From positions 1-43,549 of the IMG/VR virus record IMGVR_UViG_3300028901_000024: 43,549 bases of DNA. One strand, written 5' to 3'. The notes under the pieces were generated by a model. The model searched no databases. It was not told the DNA's origin and saw nothing but the letters and a program-made list of their open reading frames with translations. Positions 25,226 through 34,600 of the stretch are shown one piece after another (positions within the stretch are counted from its first letter, which is position 1; the number at the start of each line of letters is the position of its first letter). This DNA comes from a virus. Position numbers and translations under genes: made by a program.

Positions 25226-25253
25226 GAGGGAGATTTTCCACTCCCTCTTTTTT
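25226..25253 (+). terminator. Rho-independent terminator
   Basis: A perfect 7-bp stem GAGGGAG/CTCCCTC with an 8-nt loop, followed by TTTTTT. Confidence 0.85.
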
Positions 25254-25266
25254 GGAAAAACGGTAC

Positions 25267-25941
25267 ATGGCAAGTGAAGTCGACATTGCGAATTTAGCTC
25301 TTGCCCACCTCGGCGACGACGCCACGGTGTCCAGTTTCGACCCCCCGGAAGGCAGCGAACAAGCCGAGCATTGCGCCCGGTTCTATCCTATTGCACGTGA
25401 CGCGTTGCTCGAGAAGCACCCGTGGCGTTTTGCTACACGACGCACAACACTTGCAAGCCTGACATCCGGGTCAACGCAGTGGGATTACTCCTACGCGCGA
25501 CCGAACAATGCGCTGGTCGTCTTCGCGGTACTACCCCCGGGAGCGAGTGACGACTACAGCGCCCCCTCTGCAGCTGACTACACCGATTACACCGGTGTGA
25601 ATTTCAGCTACGCGCCTTCGGTCTACCAGACCGAGCCGTTCTCTTCTGAAACGGATGAAGATGGCAACGACCTTATTCTAACAGACGTCGAAGACGCCGA
25701 AGCGCGTTGGATTGCACGCGTCACGGATTCAGATAAATTTTCACCTCTTTTCACGCTTGCGCTTGCACGTCTGCTGGCCCATTTCCTCGCGGGTCCTGTA
25801 CTCAAAGGTGAAATAGGCATGGCGGTGGCGTCCGCTCAGCTAAAGATTTTTGAAAGAGAATTTGCAGAGGCAGCGAAATCTGATGCTGGTCAGGCAAAGA
25901 CCGAGGTGACCCACAGCGTCCCTTGGATTGCTGCGAGGTAG
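25267..25941 (+). CDS. Head-tail adaptor / tubular tail protein A-like
   Basis: MASEVDIANLALAHLGDDATVSSF...ARFYPIARDALLEKHPWRFA is the typical N-terminus of podovirus gp11-like proteins (recollection). The track start at 25252 lies inside the terminator. Confidence 0.7.
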   Translation: MASEVDIANLALAHLGDDATVSSFDPPEGSEQAEHCARFYPIARDALLEKHPWRFATRRTTLASLTSGSTQWDYSYARPNNALVVFAVLPPGASDDYSAPSAADYTDYTGVNFSYAPSVYQTEPFSSETDEDGNDLILTDVEDAEARWIARVTDSDKFSPLFTLALARLLAHFLAGPVLKGEIGMAVASAQLKIFEREFAEAAKSDAGQAKTEVTHSVPWIAAR

Positions 25942-25944
25942 AAC

Positions 25945-28386
25945 ATGCCTAACATTCGCTCGCTCGCTCGCTCATTTGCTGGTGGCGAAGTAACACCAGA
26001 GTTCTACGGTCAGATTGCCGATGCGAAGTTCCAGACAGGGCTCGCGCTTGCACGCAACGGCGTTATATTGCCCCACGGCCCGTGGGCTAATCGCGCTGGC
26101 CTAAGCTTCGTGCGAGAAGTAAAGGACTCGACCAAACGCACGCGCGTTATGCCTTTCTCCTATTCCACCAGCCAAACGTTTTCGCTGGAAATGGGCAATA
26201 CGTATTTCAGGTATCACACCAACGGCGCAACTCTCCTTGCCGGCTCGCCGGCGGCGTGGTCGAACGTCACGGCTTATGTTGTCGGCGATCTGGTATCTTA
26301 CCTTGGCACAAACTACTATTGCATCCTAGGACACACCAACCAAGTCCCACCCAACGCCACGTATTGGTATCCCTTACCAAGCGCGGCGTACGAGATACCG
26401 ACGCCGTTTGTCGAAGCTGATCTTTATGACATCCACTACGTGCAATCTGCTGACGTGCTTACGTTAGTGCATCCGAACTACAGCCCGCGCGAACTCCGGC
26501 GTTTAGGCGCTACGAAATGGACGCTGGTTGCCATATCGTTTGCTTCTGACCTTGCAGCACCGGGAAGTGTCGTGGCAACTCCAAGCGCAGTCGATACGAC
26601 GACCACTTACCGCTACGTGGTCACTGCGGTAGGTGATACCGGCATCGAAGAGTCGCTTGCCTCGAGCTCCGCAAGCTGCACGAACAACCTGCTCACCACC
26701 GGCCGCTACAACGACATCACTTGGGCGTCGGTAACTGGCGCGTCGCGCTACAATGTTTATAAACAGTCTAACGGCCTGTACGGCTATATCGGACAGACCG
26801 ACGCGCTCACGTTCCGCGACGACAACATCACAGCGGATATCAGCAAGACGCCGCCTATCCCTAACAATCCGTTCAGTGGCGCCGGTAACTACCCGGGCGC
26901 AGTCAGTTATTTTGAACAACGCAGGGGCTTTGCCGGCACCACCAACAAACCACAAAACCTGTGGCTGACACGCTCCGGCACTGAGTCGAACCTTGCTTAC
27001 TCCATCCCAACGCGCGACGACGACGCGATCAGCTTCCGTGTTGCTGCGCGTGAGGCAAACACCATCCGGCACATTGTACCGTTGCGTGAGCTTCTGTTGC
27101 TCACATCAAGTGCAGAGTGGCTAGTGACATCGGTAAACTCTGACGCGATTACTCCGACATCGGTTGCGGTGAAGCCCCAGTCGTACGTAGGTGCATCCAA
27201 TGTGCAGCTCGTTATTGTGAATAATAACGCAATTTATGTTGCCGCTCGTGGCGGGCACATACGCGAACTTGGTTATGACGCGCTCCGTTCGGGCGGGTAT
27301 GTGTCAGGCGACTTGTCGCTTCGTGCGCCACACCTCTTTGACGGCTACGACATCCTAGACATGTCTTACGCGAAAAGCCCGTATCCGATTATATGGGCGA
27401 CCAGCAGCAGCGGCGATCTGCTCGGTCTGACTTACGTGCCAGAACAACAGATCGGCGCGTGGCACCACCACGACAGTTACACGCTCGCTGGCAAAAGCTA
27501 CTTCGAGTCGTGCTGCGTTGTGGCAGAAGGTAGCGAAGATGCGCTCTATGTGGTGGTCAAACGCGTCATTAATGGTGCCACCAAACGTTATATTGAACGG
27601 TTGCACACACGCGTCTTTGCAACGTTGCAGGATGCGTATTTTGTTGACTCAGGCGCGACGTACGACGACCCAAAAACAATAAGCGGAGCCACGAAAGCGA
27701 ACCCTGTGGTCGTGACTTGTAACGCCCACGGCTTTAGCAACGGCGATAAGATCGACATTCTGGAAGTCGCTGGCATGACGCAGCTCAACGGGCTTCGGTA
27801 CAGAATTGCTAACGTGACGGCCAATACCTTCGAGTTACAGTCGGATGATGACACACCAGTAAACATCGACGGCACCAGCTTCTCGACGTACACGAGCGGA
27901 GGCAAAGCACGCAAGGCCGTTACCACCATTTCGTCGGGTATCAGCCATCTAGAAGGCGAGACGGTGAGTATCCTTGCAAACGGCGCAGTTTACCCGCAGC
28001 AGACAGTAACGGGCGGTGCTATCACGCTCGACCCTGCAGCCAGTGTCGTGCATGTAGGTCTTCCTATAACGGCCGATATGCAGACTCTGCCGCTTGCTTT
28101 CGAGGCCGAAGCGTTCGGGCAAGGCAGGGTAAAGAACGTGAATCAAGTGTGGTTACGCGTCTATCGGTCCAGCGGCATTTTTGCAGGTCCATCTTTCGAT
28201 AAACTGAAAGAAGCGAAACAGCGCACCACCGAACCGTACGGCACACCACCGTCGCTTAAGAGCGAAGAAATACCAATCGTGCTCACGCCGAACTGGGGAG
28301 ATACCGGTGCCGTGTGCGTACGGCAGTCAGACCCACTACCGCTCACCATCACGTCTATGACAGTAGAGGTTGCAATTGGCGCTTAA
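25945..28386 (+). CDS. Tail nozzle / tubular tail protein B-like, with CBM5/12-like and SH3-like insertions
   Basis: 813 aa, located after the adaptor. The insertions are AWSNVTAYVVGDLVSYLGTNYYCILGHTNQVPPNATYWYPL (26254-26376) and KANPVVVTCNAHGFSNGDKIDILEVAGMTQLNGLRYRI (27694-27840). Confidence 0.8.
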   Translation: MPNIRSLARSFAGGEVTPEFYGQIADAKFQTGLALARNGVILPHGPWANRAGLSFVREVKDSTKRTRVMPFSYSTSQTFSLEMGNTYFRYHTNGATLLAGSPAAWSNVTAYVVGDLVSYLGTNYYCILGHTNQVPPNATYWYPLPSAAYEIPTPFVEADLYDIHYVQSADVLTLVHPNYSPRELRRLGATKWTLVAISFASDLAAPGSVVATPSAVDTTTTYRYVVTAVGDTGIEESLASSSASCTNNLLTTGRYNDITWASVTGASRYNVYKQSNGLYGYIGQTDALTFRDDNITADISKTPPIPNNPFSGAGNYPGAVSYFEQRRGFAGTTNKPQNLWLTRSGTESNLAYSIPTRDDDAISFRVAAREANTIRHIVPLRELLLLTSSAEWLVTSVNSDAITPTSVAVKPQSYVGASNVQLVIVNNNAIYVAARGGHIRELGYDALRSGGYVSGDLSLRAPHLFDGYDILDMSYAKSPYPIIWATSSSGDLLGLTYVPEQQIGAWHHHDSYTLAGKSYFESCCVVAEGSEDALYVVVKRVINGATKRYIERLHTRVFATLQDAYFVDSGATYDDPKTISGATKANPVVVTCNAHGFSNGDKIDILEVAGMTQLNGLRYRIANVTANTFELQSDDDTPVNIDGTSFSTYTSGGKARKAVTTISSGISHLEGETVSILANGAVYPQQTVTGGAITLDPAASVVHVGLPITADMQTLPLAFEAEAFGQGRVKNVNQVWLRVYRSSGIFAGPSFDKLKEAKQRTTEPYGTPPSLKSEEIPIVLTPNWGDTGAVCVRQSDPLPLTITSMTVEVAIGA

Positions 28387-28831
28387 AATTAGACCAGTCA
28401 CTACCCACGACACAGATGCTGTCCTGATTATGGCAGAAGCCATGCATGCCGAGAGTCCACGATTCAGAAACAAGAATTTTCTGCCCGAGAAGACGATCAA
28501 TATTGTTGCGCACCTCGCGTCTAACGGCGGTGGGTTCGTGGCCGAACTTGATGGCGAACTGGTTGGCATGATCGGCGGTGTTCTTGTGCCCCATTTTTTC
28601 AGCGATTTTAAATACGCCTGTGACCTCGTTGTTTTTGTAAAGCCAGACCACAGAGGTTCTACCGTGGCGATACGACTGGTTAAGACATTCGAGAAATGGG
28701 CTTTTGAAAATGGCGCAGAAGAAGTGGTACTGGGCGTTAGCACTGGAGTAAGCCAAGAGCGCACGGTGTGCGTATATCAACACCTTGGGTATACACTTGC
28801 AAGCTATAGTCTTGTAAAATCAAAGGTATAG
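28370..28831 (+). CDS. GNAT-family N-acetyltransferase
   Basis: The acetyl-CoA motif A region is DLVVFVKPDHRGSTVAIRLVKTFEKWA, and IRPVTTHDTDAV lies near the N-terminus. A TTG start follows AGAGG. The gene overlaps the nozzle gene by 17 nt. Confidence 0.85.
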   Translation: MQLALKIRPVTTHDTDAVLIMAEAMHAESPRFRNKNFLPEKTINIVAHLASNGGGFVAELDGELVGMIGGVLVPHFFSDFKYACDLVVFVKPDHRGSTVAIRLVKTFEKWAFENGAEEVVLGVSTGVSQERTVCVYQHLGYTLASYSLVKSKV

Positions 28832-28833
28832 CA

Positions 28834-29376
28834 ATGTGCGACGCAAGTACGCTAGCCACAGCGTCTATCGGCGGTCAATCGGCTGGCGCTGCGGTTTCGA
28901 CGGTAGGGGCTTATTATGGCGCGAAATCGTCCAAGATCGCTCTTAATGCTCAGGCCAACATTGCAGACATCAACGCCCGTATCAGCGAGCTCAGCGCACA
29001 AAGCGAGCTCGAAGCTGGGCAACGCAAAGAGCAAGCTTCGCGATTGACTACCGCTAAAGTGAAAAGTTCGCAAAAAGCTGCTATGGCCGCTAACGGCATT
29101 GACCTTGGCAGCGACACGGCGGTCAACATCCAGACCACTACGGACGTGCTGGGTGAAGTAGACGCTAACACTATTGCAGCGAACGCAGCACGCAGTGCTT
29201 GGGGCTACCGCACACAAGGCGTCAACTTCAAGAACGACGCGCTTTTCAAACGCGCTTCAGCTGGGGCTATCAATCCTTGGATGGCCGCTGGGGGTACTTT
29301 ACTCACAAACGCCAGCAGCGTAGCCACTAACTGGTATCTGTTGAAGAAAGCCGGGGTGTGGGGCAATGCCAGCTAG
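28834..29376 (+). CDS. Internal virion/ejection protein (180 aa) starting MCD
   Basis: It has a Gly/Ala-rich hydrophobic N-terminus and then a coiled-coil segment. It is the first of three consecutive ejection-protein genes. Confidence 0.7.
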   Translation: MCDASTLATASIGGQSAGAAVSTVGAYYGAKSSKIALNAQANIADINARISELSAQSELEAGQRKEQASRLTTAKVKSSQKAAMAANGIDLGSDTAVNIQTTTDVLGEVDANTIAANAARSAWGYRTQGVNFKNDALFKRASAGAINPWMAAGGTLLTNASSVATNWYLLKKAGVWGNAS

Positions 29377-31606
29377 AGTTCCGACGTACGACAACTTTCA
29401 AGTAGCGCCTACCACGCTTCCTAACGTGCAAGTGAACGGCGCACCCAGCGTAGAGCAAGCGTCTTACACAGGCCGGCAGATGGAAGAAGCTGGACAGAAA
29501 CTTGTTTCGGGCGGGAGCCAGCTGGCTAAAATCCAGCTCGACGCCCAGCAACAAGCTAACCAGCTTCGTATCGCTGATGCGTTGAATCAAGCGAAAGAAA
29601 TGGAGTTCAAGCTCCGGTATGACAAAGACACAGGCTACGAAGCCGTAAAAGGCGTTGACGCGCTGCAGAGGCCAGAAGGCAAGCCACTCGCTGACGAGTA
29701 CGCCGATAAATACAAGCAATCTATCGAGAGCATTGCTAGCAAACTCGGGAATGACGAGCAACGCCGCGAGTTCATGCTCAGGGCGAACAACTCGCTGGTT
29801 GATTTTCACGGTCAGGCTATGGCCTACGAAGGAGCGCAGTTTAAAGAATATGCGCTTTCGGTGCATGAAGGCACGATTAAAAACTCAATGAACGATATCG
29901 GTCTTAACTACAACAACCCGGATGTAGTGAGTAAGAATATTGATTCTATCAAGGCGTCGGCGTACGAAGCAGCGAAGATGCAGGGTAAGTCCGCTACGTG
30001 GGCGGAGGCGCAGGCACGCCAGATGACCAGCGCAGCGCACCTGACCGCAGTCTCAGCAGCGTTGCAGAAAAACGACCCGGCTTTTGCAGATGATTACCTG
30101 AAGAAGTTTGCAAAGGACATGACAGCCGACGACATCCTGAAAGCCCGTGGCGCAACAACTAAAGAGCTGAACAATAAGCTCGCGATGAATACGGCCGCTA
30201 CCGTGGTTAATAAAGCAGTCCCTCGCATAGTTACAAGCGACAGCGAACGAGCGTTCAACATTGCTATAGGTTCAGAATCTTCTGGTAAACAGTTCGGAGG
30301 ACCGGGGAGTGTCGCAAAGCCGAACGAACCCACCACGTCGCCGAAAGGAGCAATCGGCATTGCGCAAGTCATGCCGGGGACTGCACCGGAGGCAGCGAAG
30401 CTTGCTGGTTTGGAGTGGGACGAAAAACGCTACCGCGAGGACCCAGAGTACAATCGTGCTCTCGGCAAAGCCTACTTCGATAAGCAACTCAAAGATTTTA
30501 ACGGTAACTTGCCGATGGCCTATGCTGCGTATAACGCAGGACCGGGTGCACTGCGTGAAGCGATTGAGAAAGCCAAGACCGACGGTGCTTACAAAGAAGT
30601 CACAAACCCCGACGGCTCGGTTAGCGGCGGGCGCACCGGTACTGGAAACTGGCTGGCGCATTTGCCTAAAGAGACGCAAGACTACGTTGAAAAAAACATG
30701 AAGGCTTTTGGCAATGGCTCAGGCCAGTACGCAAAACCGACGCTATACGAGCTGCAGCAGGAAGTACGCAAGACTGTTGGGTCTAACAATCCGGAAGGGC
30801 TGAAACTGGCTCTGGACGAAACCGAACGCCAGTACAACGACCTCATGAAGAGTGTCAAGATGCAGGAAGAAGAAGCCGTGGCGACCGCGATGCGTGCAGT
30901 GCAATCGAACGGCGGACGATTTACTGATCTCCCAGCGGACATACGCGGTGCAATACCGGCAGGAGAGGTCACGAAAGTGATGGACTTCGCCAGTCGGATT
31001 TCTAAAGGCGACGACACCACGAACTTGTGGCTTTACAATAAACTGGCGAGTAATCCTTCTGAACTGCAGAACTTGTCTGATGATCAATTCTTTGCGCTTC
31101 GAGCCGAACTGTCTGCGGGTGATTTCAAGCATTTTGCCGACACACGTGCAGAGCTGCTCAGCGGTGGGACAAACTCTCCCGGGACGCTCAATACGCAGAT
31201 GGTTAAGCTGGTGCTTGACGACCGGTTGCGCACAATGGGTATCGACCCCACACCGGCAGATGCAAGCTCTGAAGCACAACGTGTAGGTGCAATCCGTAAA
31301 TTCATTAACGACAGTATACTCGCTTCCCAGAGCGTTACCGGCAAGAAGATGAACGACGCGGAAGTATCACAGTTCGTTGATTCCATGTTTGCGAAGACCT
31401 CGGTCTATGATGGCTACATCTGGAATAGCAACGGGCCTATGCTGAAGATGAAAGCCGGCGACATACCGGGTGACGTTAAAGATAAGATCAAAGACGCTTT
31501 CAAAGCACGGGGCGTTGAAGATCCAACCGATGCTGACATCCTGAATGTATACTGGCGCCAGCTGACGCTTAAACCTACCCGCCGGCAGACGGCAGGAGTT
31601 TATTAA
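29366..31606 (+). CDS. Internal virion protein with a soluble lytic transglycosylase (SLT) domain
   Basis: The SLT signature is IGSESSGKQF (candidate catalytic Glu304, nt 30275)...GIAQVMPGTA...AYAAYNAGPGAL, spanning about 30260-30580. Confidence 0.9.
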   Translation: MPARVPTYDNFQVAPTTLPNVQVNGAPSVEQASYTGRQMEEAGQKLVSGGSQLAKIQLDAQQQANQLRIADALNQAKEMEFKLRYDKDTGYEAVKGVDALQRPEGKPLADEYADKYKQSIESIASKLGNDEQRREFMLRANNSLVDFHGQAMAYEGAQFKEYALSVHEGTIKNSMNDIGLNYNNPDVVSKNIDSIKASAYEAAKMQGKSATWAEAQARQMTSAAHLTAVSAALQKNDPAFADDYLKKFAKDMTADDILKARGATTKELNNKLAMNTAATVVNKAVPRIVTSDSERAFNIAIGSESSGKQFGGPGSVAKPNEPTTSPKGAIGIAQVMPGTAPEAAKLAGLEWDEKRYREDPEYNRALGKAYFDKQLKDFNGNLPMAYAAYNAGPGALREAIEKAKTDGAYKEVTNPDGSVSGGRTGTGNWLAHLPKETQDYVEKNMKAFGNGSGQYAKPTLYELQQEVRKTVGSNNPEGLKLALDETERQYNDLMKSVKMQEEEAVATAMRAVQSNGGRFTDLPADIRGAIPAGEVTKVMDFASRISKGDDTTNLWLYNKLASNPSELQNLSDDQFFALRAELSAGDFKHFADTRAELLSGGTNSPGTLNTQMVKLVLDDRLRTMGIDPTPADASSEAQRVGAIRKFINDSILASQSVTGKKMNDAEVSQFVDSMFAKTSVYDGYIWNSNGPMLKMKAGDIPGDVKDKIKDAFKARGVEDPTDADILNVYWRQLTLKPTRRQTAGVY

Positions 31607-34600
31607 TGGCTGACGATTTCGACCTCAACACAGCCGTTGATTCATACCTAAGCACTAAAGCACCCGGAGAACCGTTGGCGCAGGACAGTATGCGCTCAAG
31701 CTTGTCCGTAGCAGTGAAAACAAACCCTGACGCCCAAGCAGAAGCCCAACGCGTAGCAAGACGCACCGGCGTGCCGGTCGATACGGTGCTGGCTCAACCT
31801 GACGAGATGAAGAAGAAAGCGTTGCTTGGCGACATTGATTTCGATGCGTACGCCAAAGCCTACCCGGCGAGCGCCGACTTGTTATCTGATGTCGACTTTG
31901 CAAAGTTCGCCCACGACGATATCGACAACATGGGACAGATCGAAGGGGCGTTTGGTACGCTCAAAGCAGCGCACGGCCCTAAACCAAGCACAGGCTCGAC
32001 TGCCTATGGGCTCTTTTCTGCGCTCGGCACAGGCGCCGAGCTTACCAAGCAAGGTATCCGTGCCCAGTTTGCAGACGCCCTAGGTTGGAGCAGCCTATCT
32101 GCAGATGCCCAGCTCATGGCAGAACGGGCACGCTTTCGTCAGTTTCTTGTTGACCCAGCTTTCGAGTCATCGACGGCGCAAGGCCTATACAGTGGTGGTC
32201 GCAGCTTTGTGCAGATGCTTCCCGGTCTGGTGGGCTCTATCGCAACGCGCAAGCCTAACGTGGCTTTGGTTGCAGCCGGTCTTCAGACTGAAACGGATTC
32301 CTACACTAAGTACCGTGCGCGAGGCGCGTCGCCAGAAGAAGCAGTGATCGGTTCACTCGGTGAAGGTGCTATCGAGGTTGCTACTGAAAAACTGCCTATG
32401 GGTTTTCTTGTTGATAAACTCGGCAAAGTAGGTGCGGGCGAGTTTATCAAGGGGTTCTTAGGCCGTGAGCTCGCTGGTGAGGAACTGGCTACGGTAATGC
32501 AGGACGCTATCGACACAGCCGTTGCGAACCCCGACAAGACGTGGGGCGAGTATTTTGCCGAGCGTCCAGAAGCAGCCTACCAGACGGCACTTGCAACGCT
32601 TGTGCCTTCTGCACTCTTTGGTGGAGCAAACGAACTCGTTTACCGGCTGAACGGTGAATATGAGAAAGCAGCACGTGCAGACGCGAACGCGAAAGCCTTT
32701 GAGCAACTGAACCAGTTGGCTGCTGCGTCTAAGATAAAACAGCGCGACCCCGAAAACTTCAAAAGGTTCATAGATGCCGCCAACGAGAACGGCGTTGTGC
32801 AGGATGTTTACATAGACTTAAACGAACTTTCGCAATCGGGAATTGATATCAACGCACTGGCTCAGGCCTCCCCGAGCGCGGCGTTACAGATACCGAACGC
32901 GCTGACGTCAGGTACTGACGTTCGCATCCCGGTTTCAGAGTTTGCCACAGCTCTTGCCGGCACTGAACTTGGGCAGTCCCTTGTCGACCATTTGCGGACT
33001 GACCCGGAGGGGATGTCTCGTAAACAGGCAGCCGAGTTCTTGCAGACACAGGGCGACCAACTGCAGAGTGAAGTTGAAAAGGTACTCGCAGATAAGCAAG
33101 GTGATGACACTTTCAAAGCGTCGCGCGACAAGGTGTACGACAACGTGCTTGGGCAGCTAGGCGAAGCAAATCGCTTTACGGCAGACGTCAACGCGCCTTA
33201 CGCGTCACTTATGGCGAACTTCTACTCGGTACAGGCAGCTCGCCTCGGTATGACGCCCGAAGAGCTGTTCATTCAACACCCTGTGAAAATTCAAGCCGAA
33301 GCGACGACAGGTCCGCAACTCGACCAATCCGTGTTCCACGGCTCGCCTTATAAGTTCAGCAAATTCACACTGGACCATATCGGCAAAGGTGAAGGTGCTC
33401 AAGCCTATGGCTGGGGGCTGTACTTCACAACGAACAAGGATATTGCCGAGTTTTATCGTCAGTCCACCACGCAGAAGGGTATAGACACGGAGCTGTTGCG
33501 CTCTTCACTGGGCCAGTCGCTCGCGCCGGTTGCCCAGTCCGACCCGGCACGTGCAATTAAAGAATTGGAGTCGTACCTTGCCCGCGAGGACTTAGACCCC
33601 GCCGAGCGCGAGAACGCGGAGTACGACCTCGGCGTTATTGATCAGGCCGACACCGGTGCTGGGCAGGTCTACCAAGTAGAAATCCCTAATGACGATGTGC
33701 TGTTGCAATGGGATAAACCACTGGCCGATCAACCCCAGTCCGTGAAAGACGCGCTCGGTGTTGCCGAGACGTCGAGTAAAACCATTGTAGGGGGTCAGTA
33801 TTACCGGCAGTTGCAAAACGCACTGGGGTCCCCCGAGAAAGCGTCGCGGTATCTCAATTCCCTTGGCATACGCGGCCTTAAATATCCTGCGGATATGCAG
33901 AAAGGAAAGCGCGGCGAGAACGGCTATAATTTCGTTATTTTCGACGACAGTGCAGTAGATGTGCTCAGCACGTTCTACCAATCGCCGACAGAGAACAAAC
34001 CGGAGTTCTACAGCGCCCTGCAACGTAACCTCGAGAGTTTAAATCAGCCGAAAGGCTCGCCGGAACAGTGGGCCGGTATCATCAAGAACCTTACAAACAA
34101 AGGCGTAAAGCAGGAAGAGATTGACTGGACGGGTGTGCTGGACTGGCTGAAAGAGCAGAAAGGCAGTGTCACTAAGGAACAGGTACTCGACTATTTGCGG
34201 GCAACCGCAATCAGAGTCGAGGAGGTATTAAAACAACCTCAAATATCGCAGGAAGACGAAGACCTATTGGCAGAACTTGAAGATCGACCAGCGGACGTTA
34301 TGGGACCGCTTGCTGCTGGCGGTGAAACCAAGTTCGAGAAGTACACCCTACCCGGCGGTGAGAATTACCGCGAGCTGCTGATGACGTTGCCAGAGAATAC
34401 AAACGGGAGACCACGCGCAACAGCGCGAGAGTTGGCTGAATTGGCTGGTGACAACTGGGAAGAACTTGGCCCTAACGCAAGACAGCGTTACGAAGACCAG
34501 TCTAAGGCACGAGGCACAACCGGCAACTACAAGTCTGCCCACTACGACGAGCCCAACATTCTTGCGCACATCCGCTTCAACGAACGTAGAGACGCCGACG

